Shown here: one piece after another, positions 11,054 to 22,770 of the stretch
How positions within the stretch are numbered: position 1 is the first letter of the stretch
Layout of the letters: each line of letters starts with the position of its first letter
From: Raillietiella orientalis
Taxonomy: Eukaryota
Assembly: GCA_036172245.1 (NCBI GenBank)
Contig: JAYWIR010000075.1
Span: 372,001 to 397,574 of the forward strand
Length of the DNA: 25,574 nucleotides
Reading direction: 5' to 3'
Program-made: the position numbers and the translations under genes
Notes under the pieces: model-generated
Seen by the model: the letters and a program-made list of their open reading frames with translations, nothing else
The model's database searches: none
Told to the model about the DNA's origin: nothing

Positions 11054-11578
11054 TCATTCTACCCACGAGGAACAACCAAAGAGCATTCTGGTGTTCTTCC
11101 ACATCTTCGGGAGTTGCAAAAAACCCTGTGGAATGCGAAATTTCGAGAAGGACGGTCAAACGGTCAAACTTTGCTTTCAAACGGTAAGCTTTGACAAAAT
11201 ACTTCGATCGTTGCCACTTTCTGGCGTCTTTTGGACAGCGGCAAGGCCGCCCTTTATTTGAAGCAAGACTTTCATTTGATTTTTCAATCCGGCTGCGACG
11301 AATGTAAACTCCTGCTGACGTTTTTCAGAAGGAAAAAAAGTTTTCTAAGGAGCCACCCTATTCTAAAACATGTCACCTCCGGCAATGTCAGGATACTCTT
11401 GCCGTCAAACACCTCTACACATATCAGAACGGGATTTCCATGAGCTGCAGCGCCATCGAGCACGTCTTTGCCGAGGTTTCCTTCGCCCATAGTAACAAGG
11501 CCAGAGAATAAACTCAATAAAGTGATTGAATATTCACTTTATTTCTCACAAAAATAGCACTCACCAGAACAATTCCAT
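11054..11578 (-). CDS. Candidate multi-exon orphan gene, possibly secreted
   Basis: Exons 11578-11565, 11512-11377 and 11311-11183 splice in phase (donors GTGAGT, GTGACA) to MELFCLFSGLVTMGEGNLGKDVLDGAAAHGNPVLICVEVFDGKSILTLPE-EFTFVAAGLKNQMKVLLQIKGG... A further acceptor is at 11126. The 3' structure is ambiguous and no homologue was recognised. Confidence 0.4.
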
Positions 11579-12211
11579 ACGCCTACTTCTGAAACTGATT
11601 TCAGTGATTCTCTGATTTCATATAAGGAAGCGTGGATTCCAGCTGATTCAACACGAAGATAGACAAACTGACAAGAGAAAGTTTAGAAACAGCAAATTAT
11701 TTGTTTCCTCCCATTTTTTTTTAGTAATTTTTTACTATGTGAAAATAATATAAATTATTTTCACATAGTAACTAATTACATGTGGTGACCCATCCAAGGC
11801 ACTTTGCATCTTGACAGTAATGATCAGAAGAGTGAAGTTAAGGACAGCAAACAAATATGTGAACATTTATCGCACAGTTTGTGCGCTGTGTGTTCTTCCG
11901 AAAGAGTAAATCGTCAGTTACTCTCTAACTTATGGGTAATCTCGAATGTTATGCTAAAAATCACGAGCTTGATAGAAAACTCGGTTTTGTATTCTTGGAA
12001 ACACCGGAATGTCACGAAGAAAAAAAAAAAGAAGAAGAAAAAAAAAAAACAATTGGAATATTTACTTTCGTACGTTTGCATTTACGAGCAAATGGTCCCA
12101 CCACTCCCACTGAGCTAACGGTGCCTGGAGGACCCACCTGTTGCATGGTTTTTAACCATCTAAGCGTTTCGTTTCACGTATATTGATACGCGATTAATTA
12201 GTTTAAAAAAA

Positions 12212-12909
12212 ATGCAGGATTGCAAAAGCATTTACCGAAGAGTTGGAGAAACTCCTCTTCAGGATCAAAACCAAGGAAACAATCAGTCCAGAAAGAAAGT
12301 ACGCTGATAGCATTCCAAAAGCACCAAACCATTTTTTCTTATTCATGTAGGCTTCATTTTCTAAAACAGATGAACGCGAAATAGGGTGAAACACATTTTT
12401 TGTATTTCTGTGATGAAAAAAAAGATCGAGTTGCAGAAGGTGCTTGACAACGATACAATGACCCCTTTTCACAGGAGTTCAGAGGAGGGAAACACTCCCA
12501 AAGCGACACTTTATTTGGATACCGGTAAGGCAGCTGAAAGTCGATCGGGCTCAACGAAAGTTTCCGAGTTTTTTTCATCTCTACCAAATGATCTAAATCA
12601 GAGCTATGCTGGAAAGAACAACCCAACAGTTTCCATATGAAACCTGTGGGTGAGGACTTTTATTTGGTCTCAACTGACCGGAAAATCGCCGCCAAGAAAT
12701 TCGCAAAGGAAGATCGAGTCGAGAGAACAGCTGAAAATCGTAAACGCCTGATGGTTGAACGCATACATTCATCAGACATTACTTGGGTTTCCCGAGAAAC
12801 TTCACTCCATCATCTCTTCTTGTGTAAGCTTACGACGTTTATAGCTGATCTATTCAGATCATATCCAGATCTCGGTATATTTAATATCCATGGTAAACAT
12901 GAACCTTGA
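12212..12909 (+). CDS. Candidate multi-exon orphan gene
   Basis: Open frames are separated by intron-like segments. One phase-1 junction is consistent (…LYLDT G|GTAAGG at 12525 to AG at 12601, continuing ELCWKEQPNSFHMKPVGEDFYLVSTDRK…). Other donors and acceptors are at 12299, 12350, 12787 and 12858. Ends are uncertain and no homologue was recognised. Confidence 0.35.
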
Positions 12910-14446
12910 AAGCAGGGTGAACGAAGAAATAGTGATGAATCATGAATTTTGTACCGAATACTTTGAGCTCTTCTGCCCGAGGAAACAAACCTCATTTATC
13001 AGTCTTTAAATCCACGGAAGCAGCCTAAGAAAATCTAAAGATACAAAGAAATGTTAAAGGGCTAATCGTGTTCTGCTACGACTATAGCTAAATATTGAAA
13101 TGATTGTCGGTATGAGAGGAAATAAATGGAGTTGCGTATGGGATTTTAGGGAAAAAAATCGGTAATGCACGCACTGTCTATGTTTGGAGAGTTTCTAAAC
13201 GAACTCTTATCTTCCTGTCTCTTGGAGAAAACTGTAATTACTATATGAACGATTCTATGAATAATAATTTATTAATATTAATTATGTGATTATGTCACTA
13301 CACTACTTCCAGGTGCAAAATGAATGGGTATCATTGATTAATGCATTGTTTAAATTAAGATAAACCTGATAATGTGTATCAATAGCCATTCGCTAATAAA
13401 ATGAAAATCAATGCTTGATTACACACAGAAATTAAATCCTATAAAAACATAATCCATACCACACCGTTTTTGCCCTTGGTATCCACCTGTGTAAAGAATA
13501 CCAAGAATTAAAATCAATTAGAAATACACCGACCTAATACTCCGGTCATAAACGGGAACCAGAGTGTCTTTCTGATGGAAGGATCGGTCCTTTTATTCAA
13601 AGATCAAACTTCGACTCGTTAGGCCGCTCGAACACGACAGGTAGCAAGATGTTGACAAACATAGACGACTGAAATGCTCTCTTTCAGCTTCCAGCCTTGT
13701 TCTCTTAACTCTGCAAGATTTTCACGAACATTTTCTGTGCGAAGACCTCTGATGTTGAAAGTGCTTGCAACAGAATCCACGTGAGGCAGGTCCATCCATC
13801 GAAGGCTCTTTTCACGTGCGAAACCCACGGTAGCAGATACTTATCGGTTTTGTTAATTAACTCGATGACAGATGACGCTGCTAACCATGTTGCAAGATGA
13901 CGAAGGTGTTCAGCGCATGCATAGGACCGAGCGCCTCTGCACACTTAGAATAAAGCGCAAGCGGGTGCTTCCGAAGAGCCGATGCATCCAAACTCTGGAC
14001 CTATGGACAAGGTGCGCCGCCTCGGCACCGGGGCTCGGCACAGTGACAGACTGTGAGACTGTGTTCTTTGAAGTCCCCACTGTGAGACTTCGAAGAAACC
14101 CGAGGAGAGTTGCATCCCGGTGCTGGAGAGAACTGCCCCGGGCAGGGAGAAACACTGGTACGTGTATGTGATCTGCACCATGTGCACGTGGTTAGGTTTG
14201 AACCGATCGAAGCTTTGGAACGATTTGAACGCACACTTTGTACACTTTCAAAATAAAACTGCAAACTCAGCAGCTAACAGCTCCCTTATGCTTTGGCATT
14301 TTCGCCTCTGCGATACACCTGAGGAAGAATGGAAAAAATGCCATCCTCATATTCATGTTCGAGTAAGTAAACGCAGGACATTGAAGCGTACATGGAGGAA
14401 CTACAGGTATCAGTCTGGTTGTACGGGTTGAGAAGCGATAAATCTT

Positions 14447-14569
14447 ACCTTTCCTGCAAAAATACAGCAGGTTTCCGTGGAGAATGCAGTTCTCATAGAT
14501 GGACTCTCCTTCCACCGCTTGGCAATGATTGGAGTAATACAAAGCGTAACGCCTGTAGTCCTTAAGATG
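14447..14569 (-). CDS. Possible exon, unknown product
   Basis: An acceptor TTTTTGCAG and a donor AAG|GTAAGA bracket HLKDYRRYALYYSNHCQAVEGESIYENCILHGNLLYFCRK. The surrounding 13600-14600 has splice-like signals on both strands and could not be resolved. Coordinates are approximate. Confidence 0.25.
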
Positions 14570-14751
14570 CTGCAAAAACATCGACTTTTAGTTTCCCCTC
14601 GATGTCACTCAGAAGTTCAGAGATGCAATTGAATTCTTTGGTGGCAGAAGAGCCCCATGCATCACTTGTGGACACGCATTTTGCCCACCGTTGAACACCC
14701 CCCCTGTCCTTAAGTGTTTGTGTTCACGCTGAGAGCGTAAGATTTACTTTG

Positions 14752-15508
14752 ATTTGTTCTTATCAAGTATCACTTTCGTGTTTCTTTGATGTTTGCTCGC
14801 AAACATCTTGATGTTCGGAAAGAGTCGTCCACAATTTCATGTTCTTATCAGTGAAGAGGAAACTTTTCGAAAGCCAGGCCTTTGGTAAGGCCTTCTTTAA
14901 GAAGGCAACACGCATTTTGCACGAAACCGAATGGAAACGCAGGAAAAAACCTCCGCCCCTCAACTTGAGATTCGCAAACCCGCCACCAGGGGCCTTGCAA
15001 TCGCTACCTCACGACTCGAAATCAAACCGGTCCGAATCAGTATTGCAATGGGGCGGTGCATTCGAATGGGTTATCAAACGAGGGGACGAAGAGATTTGCG
15101 CTCGAATTGCAATCATGTGATGGCCTCTCTCTCCCTCTCCCTCTGCAGTCAAAAGACAGAAAAGTGGGCAAAACAGATGCGACGACGACCCCAGTGCACT
15201 TCGGCGTCTCCATGGCAAGCGCAGCCGGCCCGCCGTCTCCGGTTCATTTCCGATGCACTTGCGATTGGGACGGCGCTTTCTTTGTCTCGCTTCTTGTCGC
15301 ATCGCGACTACAGCAGTTGAGAAGAAACAGGTAAAATTCTCCGTTGCGAGAATGAGGATTGCCGCCCCACACCAGCCACCGCACGGGCCGCTTACTCTCT
15401 TGGCCTGCGATCCCTGGATGCGGTGCAGGGTCCCAAGAATCCACAACCACGTGCCACTTGTGCTGGACGAGGGGAGGGCACCTTGCTGGCATAAGTGAAA
15501 AGAAGAGC
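14752..15508 (-). repeat. 757-bp GC-rich repeat, copy 2 (inverted)
   Basis: Reverse complement of 4359-5115, 754/757 identical. The ORF track shows mirrored identical ORFs (e.g. 4547-4936 minus and 14931-15320 plus). Confidence 0.98.
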
Positions 15509-18069
15509 ATGCGTACAGATCAGGACCAACTTTAGGAACGGGAATACATGAACACGAAACTTGGTTGAAACTATCCAAATCTCAGAATGTGATGTTTTTA
15601 TCCACGGACTCGGCTACCGTTTCCATCACGAACTGACTATTGGAATTGTCACTTCAAAGATCCCCTAAATTCATTGCATTTCTCTGGTTCGACACAGCAG
15701 GCATTACGGGAACGTTAAACAGAACTGAGCACGCAGAGCAAGACACACGTCATCACAGTGAATACAGAATTTTTTTTTTTTTTTTTTAAAGTGGAAACTT
15801 TTTTGCAACTCTAAGAACCAACTATATGGACTTTGACCTTACCAAATCGAGCAATTGCAAAGAATGTTTAGCAAGAACACTACCTTTCAAAATACTTTAT
15901 TAAGACTAAACGGTAATTACGTGACGCCCATAATTACCACAACTATGCAGTATAAGTCGTTAGTGACGTAGGGATCAGATGTTTTTGTTTACTCTAACTC
16001 CTGCTGCATGAAAATGAGTAAGAATGCTATGGATGATTTATTAAATAGGAAATTCTAATACTGAATAATCTGTTATTTCGTTCGAAAGAAGTTCCTTCGT
16101 CTTCAGTTGAAGTGGAAACGATTAGCTGGAAAAGAAATTCACGAAGATGGCTGTCAACTTATTTGTATCAGTACAATTTACCTTTCTTTCTTACTTTCTG
16201 GCATTAAAGAATGGACCGAATGCTTGATTATCTCTTTGAAAACCGACTGCAGAAGAGGAACTGTCCGTCACGCAGTCTACCTCAGTTAGCTAAATTGGCA
16301 AGCAATGCATTCAAGTTTTATGCGCAAAAGATCAATTTGGGTGTTTTATATTTTATCAAACCAGAGTTCTGCGTTATTCGCTATAATGATAAATAAAACT
16401 CTTTCCTTAAGAAAAGATACCATCTTCTTTATAGTACATGCATTTTGGTTGACGTCCATCGGCAAGATGCTTGTTGCCTTGTCTTTCGCTTTTCACGACC
16501 CGCCAGTAAGTAATCGGACAACCATTGTACATTTAGGACCAATGCAATTTATTTGCAAATATGTTTGACCAGAGCACACCGATGCGATCGACGATTACAT
16601 GCAGAGAACGCACTTTGAAGCATCAAAACACCAACGAAAATCCAGAAGCACAAAAAGCATCTTCCAAGTAAAACGAACACCAAGTAAAACAAAACCTTGC
16701 TTCAATGGATCCTATACAGCAAAGCGCCAAAAACTCTGCAGCCTGAGGCAAATTTAGCAGATCCATGATGCCCGGTGACTCCATTCTAGTGCCCATGTAA
16801 AAATTTTCGTTACTTCTCAGACCACGGGGAAATTCTTGGTCGTACATACATATCTTCGTAACCTGTGTTCTCTTTATTTATGTAATGCTCAGCTTTGATC
16901 GTTTATTAGCATCTGCGATTTTGAACGCGAAAGTACTCACATCACTTTGAAGTCAAATTAAAAAAAATAAAATGAAAAATAATTCCAAGTTACGAAAAAA
17001 AAAAAATTAAATTGTGGAATTACTGCATTATTTCGAATCAAATGATACGAGTACTTAGACGTACTCCAGGCATTAAAGACGCTAAGTTCAACAAACCACT
17101 AAAAAATTGTTTACATCTGATGGAAGGGACATCCATTTCTAAGACGGTCCTCGCACTCCTGCGTAAAAGACTTTCCTTTCGAAAGAAAATGTGTACACGA
17201 CGCACTGATGTGATATTTCCAAGCATAGTACACTTTCTTGGGATGCGAATATTACTGGGGAGCATTAGCCGGATGCAAAAGATTCTTCAAGCCTTATAAA
17301 ACAAAAAAAAGCATCATCTCAGAAGGTCTGAAGTTCTGAAAATATTAAAGAGTTATACACTCCTGCAGTTTTAAAAGAATACTGTAAGATCGCACAAGGG
17401 AGCACAATAAAGGGAATTTTAGAAAGGATTCCTCCATGAGTACCGATTCCGTTCGCTTTGAAACGGCATCTGATACAGGAACAGCAATTTCCCCAGCTGC
17501 TGCTCAAGAGAAACACTTATCTGAGCATCTGTACGAGGAGATGGGATAAATCCAAAAGTAATCCTATTTGTCTGAGACGGAATCCACGTAGGAATTGCGC
17601 TGGCTGGCGGGAAAATGACAGATCAAATATTTTCAAGTGTTAGGGGAATCACTTTAGGCTCTCAAATTTTATTTACAGATATCCCAGGTCTAATGTGCGA
17701 GAACTGAGGACTTCAAACAAGCGTTTATAATGTGAACTGACAATTGCCAGTTGCCAATAGCATCCTAAGTTCTCAATTTGGAGTCGAGTCTCAAGATAAG
17801 GAAAAACAAACCGCTGCCACACGCTGCAATTGACGAATGCTCCCAATCCCCTGGACATGACCACTTTTCCTTAAAGTCATGACTAATGAATTAAGAACTT
17901 GCAAACAAAAGTTTATCTTTCCACATAATGTTTATCCCATGCTTTCAGTACGAGATAACATCATTTTCAAACTTGGCCTTCCATTTCCAGAGATACTAAG
18001 CTTCGAAAAGCTATGCAAAAATTAGTGACGGACACGATTTTCGAATTCGAAACTCCTCCTTTCCAACAG

Positions 18070-18240
18070 TTTCGCGACAACCACACTATGTCAAAGATCC
18101 TGATGGAGTTGCAGCAGTCATCCGGACAGACTGTCTGCAATCACTACGGCAGTGCATCGGACTTCAAGATCAGCAAGACCGCATCACAAGACGGAAACGG
18201 ACAAGCTGAAGCCAAAGACGGAATCAATTCGGAGGGGTCG
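18070..18240 (+). CDS. Isolated symmetric (phase 0/0) exon candidate, unknown product
   Basis: An acceptor CCTCCTTTCCAACAG and a donor TCG|GTGAGC bound a 171-nt open frame (FRDNHTMSKILMELQQSSG...) that is more GC-rich than its flanks. Confidence 0.4.
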
Positions 18241-18967
18241 GTGAGCAAAAATTTCAGGGAGATTTTCCAATCTGGTATTCGTTACCGACGCAAAATAGTG
18301 GGCTTCCGCATTCGGGATCAACGAAGGCTTAAGGGAACCATTCATTTAAGTTGAAATGATGTACATCTTGAAGATGTTTATTCACAAATAACCCCGCAAA
18401 GGCATACACGAATGAGCTACTGATTACACAGAATGGCATATTAAGACAGAGTTGACACAACTGTACGAGTTGATCATGAATGTAAATATTGAGAGGCACT
18501 GTTCGTTTACTTTACAGCTGATTTCGCACAGACTCTGTCGGTATTTGCTTTTTCACGAAAGCTTAAGCTCCAATCAGATTGAAGTGCGAGTGCTGATCTT
18601 GCCAGTGAAGAAAAGATAAATACCATGGTAACATACTCAAGGATCACAATACCGCAAAAGAACACGAAGGGAAAAAATGTCTACAAATCAATTATTAGGA
18701 CTGCACATTGATGCAGATATCTTCCATTAATAGTATATTCAGTACGATGGTGGAAACTTTTCTCTACCATTTGAAACCCTTGAGAAATAAGTTACTGTGA
18801 AATGCTTAATGATAATCCTGATGGAATGACTTCCATGGAATACAGCTCTGCAGTTTCCGGAATGTGCCCGCCCTGCAAAGTGGAAATCTGACCGTGTGGC
18901 GGTGCTCCGATTCGGTCTACGTTGCTGCCCACAGTGCATAAATAATGTACACGGAATAGGAAAACAT

Positions 18968-18993
18968 TGTGTGTGTGTGTGTGTGTGTGTGTG
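18968..18993. repeat. (TG)13 microsatellite
   Basis: Read directly from the sequence. Confidence 0.97.
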
Positions 18994-19704
18994 CATGCAA
19001 AAGTCGCAAAAGAAAATCCAGTTTCACGAATCAGCATTCACACAGCTTCGGAACCATCCTAATGCTTGATGACAACGGAGGCAGATCTGTAGTGCAGTCG
19101 CCAACACGGGCACCGTGCAAACCTTTCCGAGAATGTCGATGTGGGCAGACGCTGCCTGGAGCGATGCACTCCAGCGGAGCCAAAGGAGGAACACCACAAA
19201 CACTACTCGTATTTTCGTAATAGGCAACCCGCACGCGTGAGATTGTCTGCAGCATTTGGACTCGAAATCTTTTACTTGGGCAACCACCGCAAAAGGACCG
19301 CGACCCGCGCCCTCGTGTCTGCACGCGGACACACCGACACTCTTCAGACCTGAGAGGGAGGAAATTTGCTTACTTGGATTCGACAGAACTGCTGCAGGAC
19401 GAACCCTGCTGTCGTGTTTTCATCACAGTTGCAAACAACGCTTTCTTTGGAAACTCCCGATAATAAAGGGCATACTATCACTTGCATTTTCTAAGTTTGC
19501 GAACACTTGCGGTTGTCGGGGATTTGCAAGGACAACCGATTGAGATTACAGGAACACTTCCAACAGTTTTGTCCACTCCACTGGGGTTAACTGATTGCGT
19601 ACGGCCTGTTGCTGCATACGTGAATTCTCAAAGTTCATGAGGACCCATCCCGCTTGATAACACAGGGCAAAAGCATTCACTATTTACCAACCATCTGTGA
19701 AAAA

Positions 19705-19708
<4 letters not shown>

Positions 19709-19740
<32 letters not shown>
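19709..19740. repeat. (CA)16 microsatellite
   Basis: Read directly from the sequence. Confidence 0.97.
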
Positions 19741-19744
<4 letters not shown>

Positions 19745-20669
19745 TCCCGAATTCTTTTGCAGTACTCTCTAAGCATGTGTGAAATTGTCATTGCAATTCA
19801 TATGGGATCGCACATGCCACAGCTTTGTGTGCCCACGGTTCGTAGCTTTAATGTCAATTCGTGGGTTTCATTTATCGAACGAGATACATTACTTCGGCCA
19901 TAAACGTTGTCAAACTATCGAAATCCAAAACGTTAGTCCTACTTTTCAAATGAAGGCTGCGATTATCTCGAAGTTTTACTCAAGAGTACAGTGGCATGCA
20001 TTGCGCTTTCTTTTCACTTAGCACGGTACTGCTTCTTTCACGAATGACTCTCATCCTAAATTCCAAACTTTTCAAATAACTACAAGATGACTCTTATTTA
20101 AAATGTTCTATTTTTCAAATGGGTTGCTTTTATGGAAATTGTCATGTAGAGGTGTTCAGATGCAGGACAATACACTACTGAACAAATTCAAAGTATTGTG
20201 CTTATGTTAAAAAAACAAATTAGCAATGAAATGGAAGAAAACAATTTTCGATAAACAGTTTGTACCCTGAAATAACATTCACGATCATCAATGGTCATAA
20301 AATTTGGAAACTGCAACATCCTTCACAAATAGTTTTCCTTGAAAAGAAAATTCATGTAAACAGTTTTCATAAGACTGTAATGATTTTATGCCAACAAGTC
20401 CTCCTAACCAGATGCTTGCAAGATAATCGATTGTATTCTTAAGAGAAGTACTAAAACACAAGCTTTTTTATGGTATGCAGTTTGTGTTTTCTTGAAAAGT
20501 AGATCTCCAACCAGAATTATTTAACTAATAAAATATCACATCCATTTAAAATATATAAAAAGGTATGCATTTGGTAGAAATGTATCTTTGGTACAGGAGT
20601 AAATAAAAATACATGAGTATGAGTATGTGGATAGGAATCACAAGGACATCACATTAACAATAGGAATGG

Positions 20670-21083
20670 CTAGAGATCATACTGGGAAATGGAATTCAAT
20701 CTGGAGTGAGAGAAATCACAGGAAGAGCACTGAGCTTCTGCTGTGGCCATTTTTACAGCTTTCTGGTACAAACCAATTCGTGTACGATCATAACATAGCT
20801 GGAAACATGAATGAATTGGAAATAAGTTTAAGAGTTTTCCAAGTGTACATACTACATATGAATCCCAGAAAGGATATATATCCTCAACAGGCATAGCTGA
20901 TATATGATCAGATGCATACCAAGCAACATGAATAGGAAAGAAGTCAGTAGACATCTGAGGAGCATCCTCAACAGCAACAATCTACACATAATTATTAGAT
21001 GTGCAAATAAAGCAGAATTTACAGGATGCAAGGAATGAAAAAAGAAAACAAAGAATGCATACAATTCCTATCAGTCACACAAT

Positions 21084-21120
<37 letters not shown>

Positions 21121-22770
21121 ACAAACCTTAGCTGGCCACCAAAATGTATCATCAATTTTGCCCCATACCACATCTCCAATGTGTCTTTGACTGCTGTCAT
21201 TATCCAAGAGTAAGCAGGATGGCTGAATTACATGTGATTTGCTGTCCAGCTGATTAGGGAACTTGGGTAAGGAATCAGCAGACCGTAAAGAATCATGAAC
21301 AACCTACTGATGGACAACTCACTACAATCCACTGGGACAGAGAGAACGCACCGGTTGGGAAGCAGTACTATTCATATCTTGTTCCACATGATGTACACTA
21401 AGCAATAATTTATGATGCAACTGGTTTCCAGAACAACGCTGCTGCAATTTGAACAAAAGTTTAAGGTTAGATGCATTCACAGGATCATTAGACCGGATTC
21501 CCCATTCCTTTTTTTTGTGCTTTCGATTTGTTTTGTGCTTCTTTTTATGCTTGGATTTATGCTGTTTGAATTTAGGAACTAATCCACATGGAGGAGAATG
21601 AGGATTTCCACTATCAACTGCAGCTGATTCTTTATTCCATACATTCTCTGGATGCATAACTTCCAAGATTTCATCTTCGTCTTTGTTGGCTTCATAGCCC
21701 ACACTTACTGGATTACAGGTGTCACCAGACTGTGGAAGGCTCTTGAAGGAAATTTTCAGCAGTGGCATAAAGCCTTCCTTTGCACATTGCTGATTGTTAT
21801 TAGAATGACCAGCATTAGGGCAGTCTGCTTCCTCTATGCCCACAGCATCTGATTCTACAGACATCTCTTGCTTTTCAATGTCCTCTTCCACTTGAGTAAC
21901 ACTCCAAATCTGTTCTCCAGCAGCTGGAGCAGCAGGCTGCTGCCCTACTGTCACCATAGGCTGCTTTTTCATAGAATTCCATTGTACTTTTTTGTTTGGA
22001 ATTTTCTTTTTATTCCTCTGAATTGGTGTATTTACAGGATGTGCATAATGGGAGGCTTTTGCAGACAAAATAGGAGATACTGAAGAGATCTTATCCTTTA
22101 TATGTACTGGGTCAGTCACTATCTTCAAATTTTTGGCAATCTGTTCCTGATTTGCTCCAGATTTTGCACTCTGAAATCCACATCCTAATTGAAAGAAACT
22201 GCAGACTTCTCTCTCACCTTTTGTCGATTTTCCTGGGATACAGTACTGTGAGACTTTGATGTCTTCATTTTTGGCATGCGAACATTTTCCGAATTATCAT
22301 TGCAAACGGATTTACAATTAGAGCACAACACAGTACGTGGCCGTAAACGTACTCCAATACGTGAATTGCCATAACGAAATCTTTCAGGTAAAGTAATTGT
22401 TCGCCTCAAATTGAATACTCTGTTCTTCTCCTGAAAATATGTGTATCGCGAACTGAGACTACAAGATTCATCCTCTTGATTTTTGGAAACATTCTGTGTC
22501 AAAAATGTTTGCGGAGGATAGATTCCACATGGAAAATTTCTGGAAAAAAAAATAAAATAAAAAATAAATAAAGCATTACTCAAAATAGCTTGCAATAATA
22601 GCTCCCGATTTGTGCCATAAAAACTTTAATAATTAATATACTCACTTCTTTGTAGTATCGATCAAGACACCTTGGTATATTTTCCCTTCATGATCAAACG
22701 TTACAATAATTAAATCCTCGACTATTTCATTAATTTTTACTTCTATGAAGGAATTTTTCTCAATTTTCAT
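20670..22770 (-). CDS. PWWP2: PWWP domain-containing protein 2A/2B homologue, 6 exons, about 566 aa
   Basis: Exons 22770-22646, 22539-22218, 22170-21352, 21303-21127, 20981-20853, 20798-20670 total 1701 nt, all GT-AG and in phase. PWWP2 landmarks: N-terminal EIVEDLIIVTFDHEGKIYQGVLID, RLRPRTVLCSNCKS, PLLKISF, a Lys/His-rich tract, and a C-terminal PWWP domain IGDVVWGKIDDTFWWPAKI...VAWY...GLYQKAV. Confidence 0.92.
21086..21116. repeat. T31 homopolymer inside PWWP2 intron 4
   Basis: Read directly from the sequence. It lies in the 145-nt intron 21126-20982. Confidence 0.95.

Noticed and set aside
13600..14751. Missing gamma-COP 3' exons displaced here by inversion of the cassette interior
   Set aside because: No gamma-COP C-terminal sequence (EAV..I..FLG..PCE.S, LAG.FRGG) was found next to either inner end or beyond 15508.
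4359..15508. Maverick/Polinton or autonomous DNA transposon
   Set aside because: No AG...CT termini, no TSD, and no pPolB, integrase, ATPase, capsid or DDE transposase ORF inside.
16100..17550. Possible plus-strand multi-exon gene ending ...EHLYEEMG*
   Set aside because: Splice sites are present, but frames are ambiguous and no homology was recognised.
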